64,000 nt of DNA, from the IMG/VR virus record IMGVR_UViG_3300019776_000919, positions 1-64,000 of that record; one strand, written 5' to 3'. The notes beneath the pieces are model-generated. The model searched no databases and was not told the origin of the DNA. It worked only from the letters and a program-made list of their open reading frames with translations. The stretch is from a virus. Both the position numbers and the translations under genes were made by a program. The stretch's first letter is position 1. Each line of letters starts with the position of its first letter. Below are positions 10,084-18,999 of the stretch, in pieces.

Positions 10084-10610
10084 TGATAAACAAAGATATT
10101 AAAATTTCACATTTGATATTCTTGCTAAATACTAAATTTGGCGAAGAGTGGAAAGAATGGGAACCTGAGACTATAATGTCTGAAATAGGTTTTCCTGATT
10201 ATTTAGTCATGGAAAAAATCTATGTTCTTCAGACACTGAGTAAAGGTCTCAATGAGGCAATATCTATTCCCGAATTTTTTTGTTGGCTTTGTTCAATTGT
10301 AAACAACGACTACGCCGAATTTGAAACTCTAGAAATGCCTAATTGCTTAGAAATGGCTTGGGCTATCATAGAAGTGAAAAGGGTTGCTCAGCTGTTAAAC
10401 GTCGAGTTTAAACCCACCGAAGAGTTCTGCGACATAACAGGTTATCTTCTTAAAGAAGAGGGATTCTCAAAAACAACTTATCCATTCGAGTTTCTTTCTG
10501 AAAAATACTTTACCCCAGGTCAAACTGAAGAAGATGTAGCTTTAAAAAACAAAGGTATTCAAGCATATATTGCATTCATGGATAAGTCATTACCAACAGT
10601 AGAAACTTAA
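10083..10610 (+). CDS. hypothetical protein
   Basis: TAATG-coupled ORF, WEPETI motif. Confidence 0.55.
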   Translation: MINKDIKISHLIFLLNTKFGEEWKEWEPETIMSEIGFPDYLVMEKIYVLQTLSKGLNEAISIPEFFCWLCSIVNNDYAEFETLEMPNCLEMAWAIIEVKRVAQLLNVEFKPTEEFCDITGYLLKEEGFSKTTYPFEFLSEKYFTPGQTEEDVALKNKGIQAYIAFMDKSLPTVET

Positions 10611-10611
10611 T

Positions 10612-11019
10612 ATGTCAACCTTACAAGCTACAATAAATACCGCTATTTCTTTTGCAATAGCCGGTCCTGACAATACTACTCCACTTACAGATAGTGGCAT
10701 CTATTTAGATGGTAATGTATCCTCAGAGACCATGACGGCTACTAGAATAGGCTCGACCTTAATGTGGAAATTGTCTTTTAGTCCAGCCTCCACCGGTACA
10801 TACACTATCTACGCTTTTGGCAAAGTGCAAGTCTATTTACAGGTCACCGCTCGCTCTGTTCAAAGTCTTCTTACTAACATTGAAGATGAAGCTTTAGGCA
10901 GTTGGTCATGGAATAAGACTACGGGAGTGCTTACTATGCTTCGTCAAAACGGTACTACGTTATCCACATATTCCGTGACAGATACATTAGCTTCTGCCAC
11001 TAGAGAAAAGCTCTCTTAA
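10612..11019 (+). CDS. putative virion Ig-like protein
   Basis: beta-rich, F.P..TGTYTIY motif. Confidence 0.5.
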   Translation: MSTLQATINTAISFAIAGPDNTTPLTDSGIYLDGNVSSETMTATRIGSTLMWKLSFSPASTGTYTIYAFGKVQVYLQVTARSVQSLLTNIEDEALGSWSWNKTTGVLTMLRQNGTTLSTYSVTDTLASATREKLS

Positions 11020-11026
11020 ATAATCT

Positions 11027-11052
11027 AAAAAAGAGGGTTAACCTCTTTTTTT
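11027..11052. terminator. bidirectional intrinsic terminator
   Basis: AAAAAAGAGG-GTTAA-CCTCTTTTTTT between convergent genes. Confidence 0.75.
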
Positions 11053-11065
11053 CTTCTTGTTAAGA

Positions 11066-12277
11066 TTATTCCGTCATAGGTTGTAACGGAGGTATTCCTT
11101 CAGGAAGTGGTGGGACAGGGATGGGGTTTAAAGTTACCCCTTCACTCTCTGGTGTTGATGCATCGGCAGTAGACGTAGCTACCTTTTTCTTCGGTTTTTT
11201 CACCGGAGTTAAAGGAGGTACTTCTTTAGACACTTGAACTTCTGGTACCGCTTCTTCTTTTGGAGGTCGAGGAATAGATTCAAAGTCCCCGGAAATAGTA
11301 ACCCTAAGGTTAGCTGCGGCGTAATCTACTAAAGTACTTTCTACGGGTTTCCAAAGAGTTTTGAATTCTTTAGTGTCACAGCCGTATAAAAACTCCCCAA
11401 CGTCTGATTCCGTTTTGCTGTGGTTTGTAGCACAACGCCGAATCCATTGCCGAGGCGTATTCCACTCTGTTACAATTGAGCCGTCTAAAGCATATCTAAT
11501 CCCGTCGTACGCCATAGGTTTCAAATACAAAAAGTTTTGAACTGTCGAGCATATCAACGCAGCCATCATATTGTTAATGGCTAACGATTGGGGTAGATCT
11601 ACGCAAGATAACTCAGACGCACTGCCACCTAGATCATTGTAGTAAGCCAGGTCAATCGGAATATAGTCTACATCTTCTGGGGCGGACAAGGCTTTCGGTA
11701 CATAATCTACCTTCCGTTGATTAAACGTAGTAGGTACAGAATTAGTGGTAAAAAATTTGATTTGACCGAAAGCATCCTCGTTACCAGCATCAATTACAAA
11801 TATATTCCTGGCACCGGTACTTGCCGTACGGTACAAGGACTGAGGACCTCTATATAAGAGGTTTCTCAAAATAGTTCGTCTAGCATCAGCAGAGTCAACT
11901 GCCAAAATAACTATTGAATTATTAAAGCTCGGTAATTGATCTGCTCCGATAAAAGTTATATTACCGGATAGAGTTATAAATTCAGTACAAGCAAAAATAG
12001 GGACGCCAAACGCATTGGCGTATCTGTTTGCTAATACTGCCGCTTTATTTTTTCCAACATCCTTTGCGACAAAATGTTGTCGCATCAAATTCTTCTCTTC
12101 TACTATGTCCCCGTCTATAACATAGATTGGTAGATTTGCAATCCAAGCTTGAGGGTTAAATTTAGTAGTACATGTTCTAACTAATTGAGATAGACCAGGC
12201 ATAAGCCTAGATCCGGTTCCACCAGCTCCGATTAGGATGATTGAACTGGGAACAAAATGAGGTTTATAATTGTACAT
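11066..12277 (-). CDS. ThiF/E1-like ubiquitin-activating enzyme (PRTRC-type)
   Basis: IGAGGTGS, DGD.VE.KNL.RQ.F...DVG.NKA..LA.RY, AVDS..AR, IDAGN, LSC (putative catalytic Cys), Q.L.IN. Confidence 0.9.
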   Translation of the reverse strand: MYNYKPHFVPSSIILIGAGGTGSRLMPGLSQLVRTCTTKFNPQAWIANLPIYVIDGDIVEEKNLMRQHFVAKDVGKNKAAVLANRYANAFGVPIFACTEFITLSGNITFIGADQLPSFNNSIVILAVDSADARRTILRNLLYRGPQSLYRTASTGARNIFVIDAGNEDAFGQIKFFTTNSVPTTFNQRKVDYVPKALSAPEDVDYIPIDLAYYNDLGGSASELSCVDLPQSLAINNMMAALICSTVQNFLYLKPMAYDGIRYALDGSIVTEWNTPRQWIRRCATNHSKTESDVGEFLYGCDTKEFKTLWKPVESTLVDYAAANLRVTISGDFESIPRPPKEEAVPEVQVSKEVPPLTPVKKPKKKVATSTADASTPESEGVTLNPIPVPPLPEGIPPLQPMTE

Positions 12278-12336
12278 AAGTATGTAAGGGTATAAGTAAA
12301 AGTATTACCTTCTACTTATACCAGTTTTTTGTTTAT

Positions 12337-13902
12337 TTACAAACCATTAGCCGCCAAATCATCTTTTGCTTTTTCCGGCAAAAGTTCAGCAAGCCGACGA
12401 AAAATATTGAGTCTATCACTCTCCCGAATAACTTCAAACATTCCGCTGATACTGCGCTCCAGCAAAACGGGGGAAGATGCTAACGTAGGAGTAGCTAAAT
12501 CAACGGCCATGTATGCTCTTGCTGCATCTACTCCGTGATTTATAGCAATCGAATCAAATTCACCCATCTCAGGGCCATTTTCTCCTACGAGTTCAGCTGC
12601 TGCCATATTGCGATCTATTTCCCGGAAATACTCGTCAGCTTGTTGACTCAAACTATCGTCTGATGCATCTTCTTGACTGAAAGAAGTCTCGATGATTCTG
12701 CGAGCGTTTTGCTTAATGGTTTCAGTTTCCGGATCCCCTGCCATGTTAGCAAAAAGTTCGTTATAGTCTTCTTCCGTCAATGCACCGTTTCCGATTTCCA
12801 CCAATTGAGACCCGTCTCCTCGAAATCGGCTCCCCGGCGGGACTCCTTCAGTATCTTGTGCCTTTGATGACGCGGACGTTTGAGTAGTTTGGCCCTGTTG
12901 GTGACGGCTTGTTTTCTGTTGCTTTTTCATCTCCGACGCTTGGCGTCGAAGTTCCCGCTTGATAGATTTTTTTGACACTGCACCCCCTTGGGCAGAAGTG
13001 TTTGTTTGAGTTGAAGTAGATTCTTCGTTAGAAGTGCCGGTCTGTTGTACCCCATGAATAGGTCCCGACATTCCATACCCAAAGCCAAAACTTGTTTGAG
13101 CGGGAGGGTTATTGTTAACTTGTCTAACGGGAAAATAAGTACGAGATTGGTTACTCTGCCAATTCCCATAATTACCGCCAGGGTAAGACACTGCTGCCGG
13201 AGTGTTGACGTTTACCTTGTCCAACCAAGTAGAAGGGATTTCTTTAGGAAGTTCTTTTTGTTCAAACAAGTCTGTCATTTGAACATCCATTCGACTGCCG
13301 TGGTAGGTAAAGCGGAATTTCATACTACGTTCCGGCTTATCGTTATGTCCGATAACTCCACTATACCGAATGCAATTTGTGTCGTCCCGATCATCAGTGC
13401 CGCTAAAGAATGCATTGAAGTCGGCATGTGAATGGATATCCACAACAATGGTAGATTCAGGAGGCAAAGACGACCAGTCATATGTTGCGCTGGCGTGACC
13501 TACAGTTTGGTTTGGAACGTGAAGGTGGTAACCTTCTTTCTCATTCCAAAGAATCCAAATCATTGCTTCGAGCGCTTTACCCTTCTTCACAATAACTTGG
13601 CGGAAGAATTCTTTAACTTCATTCAGCAAATCCATCGGGATTTTCCCGTCTGGTAGAAAATTAATCCCGGGAGTAACCTTAGGCAACGTAGCCCCAGGGA
13701 TTTCCTTAACCGGTAGACAAATATACCGAGCTTTGCCGCCAGCGCCAGGGCGCAAAATGTGATATTTAACCGGACCAGTTTCACTCATCATAAAGATTTG
13801 ACTGTAACCCTGCTGAATAGCTTGCTCTAGGGGGGTTATTCCATCAACAGTCTCATCTCCAAGTTCGATAATGCAGGAGATATAGGGTGCTAAGATTTTC
13901 AT
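12337..13902 (-). CDS. JAB/MPN+ metalloprotease (PRTRC protein A-like) with long low-complexity C-terminal extension
   Basis: Upstream Glu (LEAM) plus DIHSHADFNAFFSGTDDRDD = HxH-x7-S-xx-D JAMM motif. Confidence 0.88.
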   Translation of the reverse strand: MKILAPYISCIIELGDETVDGITPLEQAIQQGYSQIFMMSETGPVKYHILRPGAGGKARYICLPVKEIPGATLPKVTPGINFLPDGKIPMDLLNEVKEFFRQVIVKKGKALEAMIWILWNEKEGYHLHVPNQTVGHASATYDWSSLPPESTIVVDIHSHADFNAFFSGTDDRDDTNCIRYSGVIGHNDKPERSMKFRFTYHGSRMDVQMTDLFEQKELPKEIPSTWLDKVNVNTPAAVSYPGGNYGNWQSNQSRTYFPVRQVNNNPPAQTSFGFGYGMSGPIHGVQQTGTSNEESTSTQTNTSAQGGAVSKKSIKRELRRQASEMKKQQKTSRHQQGQTTQTSASSKAQDTEGVPPGSRFRGDGSQLVEIGNGALTEEDYNELFANMAGDPETETIKQNARRIIETSFSQEDASDDSLSQQADEYFREIDRNMAAAELVGENGPEMGEFDSIAINHGVDAARAYMAVDLATPTLASSPVLLERSISGMFEVIRESDRLNIFRRLAELLPEKAKDDLAANGL

Positions 13903-13923
13903 GGTAGTTTCTACGCTTATAAA

Positions 13924-14703
13924 TTAATAAATTCGAAGTTCTTCGTAAGGAAAAGTGCCACCTTGATCGGCTAACTTTTTAAGGTGAGAATACCACTTAG
14001 AGTATTCCTCGTTTCGGAATTTAGGTTTTAACGCTGTTAAACCCAAGTCGTTATTAAAAGGAGCATCAAACAGTAATTGGTAGTAGGAGTGCAAACCTCT
14101 TAAATCTGGAAGTTTGTATGAACTGATTTTTGTATTGGATCCGTAACAAAGTTTTCCAGATTCATATACGTTAGTAAACGGTAAGATCGATACTCCATTC
14201 TCAGCGGTTATAAACGTACGAGGAATCTCTTGTAGAGAGTCCCTAGTTGCATAGTAACGCGTGTCATTGACTAAATATTCAGTCGGCCCGCTTTTTACCA
14301 ATGATTGAGAAATGATTACGTTCGGAAAAACAACATTGAACGGGCTATTGCTTAGATATTTAATCGGTTTAATACCGCCCGGATAATAGCAACAAACTCG
14401 AATTCCGTTTTTCGATTTTTCAAAATAAAAAGCGCCATTCGGCAACCATATTTCTTGTTTTTGAGATTCCCCAGTATCAGAAGCTTCCACGTTTGCATTC
14501 AGAAGCCCGATAAATTCAGGGTAACTAACAACTTTGTAAAGGCCAGGTGTTAGCTCTAGGCGGACACTATTCTGAAGCATTTCTACTTTGATAGCCTCCA
14601 CAGTAATTGTTTTTACGGGTTCCTGTTTAACTTCAGGGGGTTTTTCTGCGGCTGCGTCTTGTTCAACTACCGCCGTGGTATCTAATACAAAATCTGAACT
14701 CAT
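13924..14703 (-). CDS. prokaryotic E2-like conjugating enzyme (PRTRC protein B / Prok-E2 family D-like)
   Basis: LPFTNVYESGKLCYGSN matches PFxNV..G.xC.G with putative catalytic Cys; F.APFNNDL; lies between Ubl and JAB/E1. Confidence 0.8.
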   Translation of the reverse strand: MSSDFVLDTTAVVEQDAAAEKPPEVKQEPVKTITVEAIKVEMLQNSVRLELTPGLYKVVSYPEFIGLLNANVEASDTGESQKQEIWLPNGAFYFEKSKNGIRVCCYYPGGIKPIKYLSNSPFNVVFPNVIISQSLVKSGPTEYLVNDTRYYATRDSLQEIPRTFITAENGVSILPFTNVYESGKLCYGSNTKISSYKLPDLRGLHSYYQLLFDAPFNNDLGLTALKPKFRNEEYSKWYSHLKKLADQGGTFPYEELRIY

Positions 14704-15086
14704 AGGAAATCATCTAAGTCCGGTATTGAATACAAAGTAGGGATCTTTTTTGCCATAAAATTTAAACCTTGTATGGCTTTAGTCTTATCCGTGTAATTTT
14801 TATAGACGTGCCTGAGCATTGTATCTGCTATCAATCTCAGGTCTTCACTCACCCCTAAAGCTATTAAATCTTGCGGTGGCTTTACTTCTGATTGAAAACT
14901 TTTAAAGTCTTTTCTATAAATATAGGGATCAGGACCTATTGATTTAAGACTAGGGAGAATCCGGTCTCCAATAGTGTCTTTTGCACCAATAGGGCTAGAC
15001 AGTATCTTAATAGTTTCCCGGATCTCACCGAGGTCATCGGCCTTTTTTACATTAAAAGCTTGGGATACTAAGTTTGATAGGTTCAT
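14700..15086 (-). CDS. hypothetical protein in Ubl operon
   Basis: ATGA-coupled to the E2 gene. Confidence 0.55.
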   Translation of the reverse strand: MNLSNLVSQAFNVKKADDLGEIRETIKILSSPIGAKDTIGDRILPSLKSIGPDPYIYRKDFKSFQSEVKPPQDLIALGVSEDLRLIADTMLRHVYKNYTDKTKAIQGLNFMAKKIPTLYSIPDLDDFL

Positions 15087-15927
15087 TGGCGACCAATCTC
15101 GTAATTGTTTTCAATATTGTTGGGAGCTTCGGTAAGTAATATAGAGGATGCACTGGTTGATCTTTACTAGACTGCAAATACTCCTGTAACAGGGTATTAA
15201 CCAATTTAATGCTTTCTTCAGGATTGGATTTAATAGGGTCCATTTTAATTCTAAATTTATCCATAAGGTAACCGTATTTCCTATCCGTAATCCCGTTGAA
15301 ATTTCTGAAATCCCTCATGTTAAGGCAATCAGCAGTATCTGGGAAACTTGCGTATGTTTTATCTACCCGATTATTAGCCGGGATTATTTTTTCGCAATAA
15401 GTTGCTCTTTTGCTGAAAGTATGTATGACCCATGAGACCTCGAATATCTTCATTTCAGGTAGCAGTTTGCCATGGGCCAAATCTTCCATTAAGGTTCCAG
15501 CTCCTTTTTGATAAGGCGTTGGATTTAAAATCGATACTGAATTTTTTACACCCATTAAATTGGTAACGCAAAACTTCTGTATGAGCCGAACGTATCGCTC
15601 TAATACTTTAGTCTTTCTCGCTGCGCCAAGTTCAGTATCTACAAATCTAAATGTCATTACTAAGGATAAAGGATCCTCTGTAACCATTAATTGGAAAAGA
15701 TGATTGTCATAGCTCAGAGCTTCGGAAACCATCTGGGCTCGAATCCCATCCCGAATGTGCCGCCCTGAAATATTGTGTTGGCCGGTTAGGGCCCGCATAT
15801 AAGGAATCTTCTCCGCTAAAAGATCAGTGGACATCTGATCTAAAAGTGTTTTTATTACAGAGTCTGCAGCAACGTCTGTAATTTGAGAATCTTTAGGTAT
15901 TTTTATTTGAGTAACGATGCCTGCCAT
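15052..15927 (-). CDS. hypothetical protein in Ubl operon
   Basis: 291-aa ORF with GAGGG RBS. Confidence 0.65.
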   Translation of the reverse strand: MAGIVTQIKIPKDSQITDVAADSVIKTLLDQMSTDLLAEKIPYMRALTGQHNISGRHIRDGIRAQMVSEALSYDNHLFQLMVTEDPLSLVMTFRFVDTELGAARKTKVLERYVRLIQKFCVTNLMGVKNSVSILNPTPYQKGAGTLMEDLAHGKLLPEMKIFEVSWVIHTFSKRATYCEKIIPANNRVDKTYASFPDTADCLNMRDFRNFNGITDRKYGYLMDKFRIKMDPIKSNPEESIKLVNTLLQEYLQSSKDQPVHPLYYLPKLPTILKTITRLVANEPIKLSIPSF

Positions 15928-16002
15928 ATACCCTCAGTTGTAAATTGAAGGACTAAAAAAAGCAGGCATCTTGCCCGCTTATCCTAGCCTAAAAGGCTAA
16001 AA

Positions 16003-16212
16003 TTAACCCTTATTTCCCGTGCGGGGGGCAAAGGTAACTTCTCGAACATCACCCTCCGGGGTGGTGTTGACAACCGTGGTAGCAGTCATGTTATTGATGC
16101 CAGGGATCTGGGCACCGTACATACTTTGAATGCGAGCTGCGTCAAAGTCACCGGGGATGTTGTACAGAGCGTCGATGCTGGGGACACGGATAATAGTCTT
16201 AATAACGGCCAT
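16003..16212 (-). CDS. ubiquitin-like protein (PRTRC protein C-like)
   Basis: 69 aa, beta-grasp-sized, ends F.PRTGNKG (C-terminal Gly, GxKG as in PRTRC protein C); first gene after promoter. Confidence 0.8.
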   Translation of the reverse strand: MAVIKTIIRVPSIDALYNIPGDFDAARIQSMYGAQIPGINNMTATTVVNTTPEGDVREVTFAPRTGNKG

Positions 16213-16292
16213 AATGTTCTCTTGTTTCTAGAAAAAAAGGAAAGGGTAAAAAAGGAAAGTCAAAGATAAGAGAAACTCATCTTCGTACTTTT

Positions 16293-16321
16293 CTTATACC
16301 AGGTATTGCCAAATTATTGAA
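16293..16321 (-). promoter_or_regulatory. phage promoter driving the Ubl operon
   Basis: TTCAAT-N17-TATAAG with TGG extension, followed by AAAAGTAC. Confidence 0.75.
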
Positions 16322-16352
16322 AATTTATTAGGTTATAATACTAGATATATCT

Positions 16353-17948
16353 ATGGAAATTAAAGCATCTCAATTAGCCCCTGCAATTCTTCAACTAAAG
16401 GGGAAGCCGTTAGACCTGTCAGAGTATAAACCGTTTGAACTCGTATACGACGTATCTCCTCCTACATTAACTGCGTGTTGTGGAAGACAGATAGGTAAGT
16501 CAGTTAGTTTGGCAAGTGCTATTACAACAACGAGTATTTTACGCAAGCATTTTTCTACTCTGTTTGTAAGTCCTTTATCCCAGCAAACTTCTAGATTTTC
16601 AACTCAATATCTAGAACCTTTTATTAACTCTCCTATTGTTAAAAATCACTTCATAGATGCGTCTTCTAAGAAAAACGTATTTTCTAGAACTTTTACCAAT
16701 GGCTCTGCAGTTACTTTAGGTTACGCAGAGACGGAGCAAGACGCCGACCGTATTCGTGGGGTTTCAGCGGATCAAATGTATTTTGACGAGGTACAGGATG
16801 CCAGTTTGGAAGCTTTGCCTATTTTGGAAGAAACGCTGTCTGCCTCCGAGCACATGTTTAGACGATACACCGGTACTGCAAAAGGGGAATCGAATACTCT
16901 AACAGTTTTGTTTAAAAGATCTAACATGTTGGAGTGGGTTGTAAGATGTACTCACTGCGGAAAACACGCTATACCCAATGAGTTTGAAACCTGTTTAAAA
17001 ATTATTAACGCCAATCCTAACGGCCCAGGTTGTCCACATTGCGGCGGGTTGTTGGATATGAAAACTGGAGTTTGGATGGCTGGTAAACCAAGTGTAAAAA
17101 ATCACGTAGGTGTTCATATACCTCAATTTTGCATTCCAGCTAGAACCACCCCTAAGAAATGGGCGGAGTTGGTAGATAAGGCAAAAAGGTACGATCACAT
17201 TAAATTAAGTAATGAAGTTTTTGGATTACCCGTAGGAGCTGGTGGTAGACCTCTTTCTTTAAGACAAGTAATGGGAGTCTGTAACCCTTCAAGAACTTCT
17301 TTTGATACAGGTTTTCCTAAAGACGATAGAAATATCCTATTTACAGTGCTAGGTGTAGACTGGAGTGTTACGGGATCCGAAAAGAGTTATACCGTCGTTA
17401 CTGTTCTGGGATTTGACTACTCTGGTAAACAGTATATTGTGTACGCTCAGAGATTGGATGGTATTGATATACTAGCTCAAGTATCTAGAGTAATAGAACT
17501 CTATAGACAGTTCGAATGTTCACATATTGCCTCAGATAGAGGGGTTGGTGTTCTACAAGGTCAATTAATGAAGAGAGCACTTGGAGATGACAAAGTTAGT
17601 ATGATTAATTACGTTGCTGCAAAAGCGAACCTCCGTTTCGATAAAGAAGGTAATTATTTTGCTGCAGATAGAACTTTAGCAATTGATACTGCAGTTATCA
17701 AGATCAAGATGGGGCCCAGTAAATTGGAATCTCCAGCTTGGTCATTAATGGAAACGTTTTGGAATGACGCCCTGCATATATACGAAGAGGAATCGCATAG
17801 CGGTAGACGACTGTACAGAAAAGATGAGGACGGCACCGACGATTTCTTACACTCCTTAGTTTTCGCAAACATAGCTCATATGATTGTTAAAGGTGACTTT
17901 ACATATCAAGATAAAGAATCAATTGAAGATGATACTTTTAATTTCTAA
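16353..17948 (+). CDS. terL: terminase large subunit
   Basis: Walker A-like GRQIGKS, Walker B YFDEVQD, TGT motif, Zn-ribbon CxxC...CxxC, nuclease GVDW and DDFLHS. Confidence 0.88.
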   Translation: MEIKASQLAPAILQLKGKPLDLSEYKPFELVYDVSPPTLTACCGRQIGKSVSLASAITTTSILRKHFSTLFVSPLSQQTSRFSTQYLEPFINSPIVKNHFIDASSKKNVFSRTFTNGSAVTLGYAETEQDADRIRGVSADQMYFDEVQDASLEALPILEETLSASEHMFRRYTGTAKGESNTLTVLFKRSNMLEWVVRCTHCGKHAIPNEFETCLKIINANPNGPGCPHCGGLLDMKTGVWMAGKPSVKNHVGVHIPQFCIPARTTPKKWAELVDKAKRYDHIKLSNEVFGLPVGAGGRPLSLRQVMGVCNPSRTSFDTGFPKDDRNILFTVLGVDWSVTGSEKSYTVVTVLGFDYSGKQYIVYAQRLDGIDILAQVSRVIELYRQFECSHIASDRGVGVLQGQLMKRALGDDKVSMINYVAAKANLRFDKEGNYFAADRTLAIDTAVIKIKMGPSKLESPAWSLMETFWNDALHIYEEESHSGRRLYRKDEDGTDDFLHSLVFANIAHMIVKGDFTYQDKESIEDDTFNF

Positions 17949-17986
17949 TCGTGTTATAATACCTAAACATTTAACCATAACTAACT

Positions 17987-18571
17987 ATGTCTAATTCTGA
18001 TTTTGAACTGCCGATTAATTCAAGAAATAAAAAGCCTCAAGGACCGGCCTCAGCGCCGTTTGTAGCCCCTAATAAAACTCCAAGCACCCCTAGCCCTACT
18101 TTAGCTACAAAATCGATTTCAGGGGCTTTAAATGAGTCCGGTGATGATGACGAAACTAAAGAACCTACCTCTAATAAAAATGGCGAACCTTTTTATCCAC
18201 AAGAAGAATTGTTCCGGGTATTTGATGAAATCATTTTCTCCGGCGAATACAGAGAATCATTTAATATCAGAGGGAAAGTTCCAGTTACTTTCAGAACTAG
18301 AACGGCAGAGGAGATTTCTGAAATTCAACGATTTATTGATTCTTCAGACTTCAAGTTGATTTCTACTGTAGAATCTGTAAGATCAGTCATGAATCTCAGA
18401 TATGCTCTGTGTAATTATAGGGATAAAAATTTAGAGCTAATGAAGGATACTGATAGAGCTGTTTTCATTGAAAGTCTACCTGGCCCGATTATAGGAATGC
18501 TTTTGAATCAACTAAGTAAATTTGATAGCAAGGTTAGTCAAGCTTGTAGAGAAGGTGAAGAAAATTTTTAA
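17987..18571 (+). CDS. tail assembly chaperone (gpG-like)
   Basis: Directly upstream of tape measure region; ends in slippery A AAT TTT TAA. Confidence 0.7.
   Translation: MSNSDFELPINSRNKKPQGPASAPFVAPNKTPSTPSPTLATKSISGALNESGDDDETKEPTSNKNGEPFYPQEELFRVFDEIIFSGEYRESFNIRGKVPVTFRTRTAEEISEIQRFIDSSDFKLISTVESVRSVMNLRYALCNYRDKNLELMKDTDRAVFIESLPGPIIGMLLNQLSKFDSKVSQACREGEENF
18562..18568 (+). other. programmed -1 ribosomal frameshift heptamer A AAT TTT
   Basis: X XXY YYZ in correct phase; -1 frame runs TTA AAA CAA CCC TGG GCA TTG into ORF 18586..18957. Confidence 0.75.
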
Positions 18572-18957
18572 AACAACCCTGGGCATTGCAACGAATGAAG
18601 TTGCACTTCCGGGGTATTCAGGTACCTGCCCTAGGAAGTCCTCGGGATATTGTGTACCGCAACTATTTATTGCACGAAACTAGAGTTGAAGCTAAAAAAC
18701 ACCAAATGTTATTGCTTACAACAATAGGTGCTCCGTTTATAACTACAGATTCAGCAAGATCTAGTTGGGATAGACAAGCTAAGCAAGCATTTGAAGAGTA
18801 TGTATCATTAATGTTTGGCGAAGAGGTAACTCCAAATATGAGGGAAGAGAATGAAATGATGGAGTTCTACATGAACAAAGTTAAAAATTCAAGTCCAGTT
18901 TTATCTGGAAGTTCTTCTAAAGGTAACTTGGTCGTATCTAATTTACCAGAGTTTTAA
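18568..18957 (+). CDS. tail chaperone frameshift extension (gpT-like)
   Basis: Open -1 frame with no RBS of its own; position before tape measure gene. Confidence 0.7.
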   Translation, partial: LKQPWALQRMKLHFRGIQVPALGSPRDIVYRNYLLHETRVEAKKHQMLLLTTIGAPFITTDSARSSWDRQAKQAFEEYVSLMFGEEVTPNMREENEMMEFYMNKVKNSSPVLSGSSSKGNLVVSNLPEF

Positions 18958-18970
18958 ACATCTAAAATAT

Positions 18971-18995
18971 AAAGGCCCACATCAGGGCCTTTTTT
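18971..18995 (+). terminator. intrinsic terminator-like hairpin
   Basis: AAAGGCCC-ACATCA-GGGCCTTTTTT. Confidence 0.6.
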
Positions 18996-18999
18996 CAAC

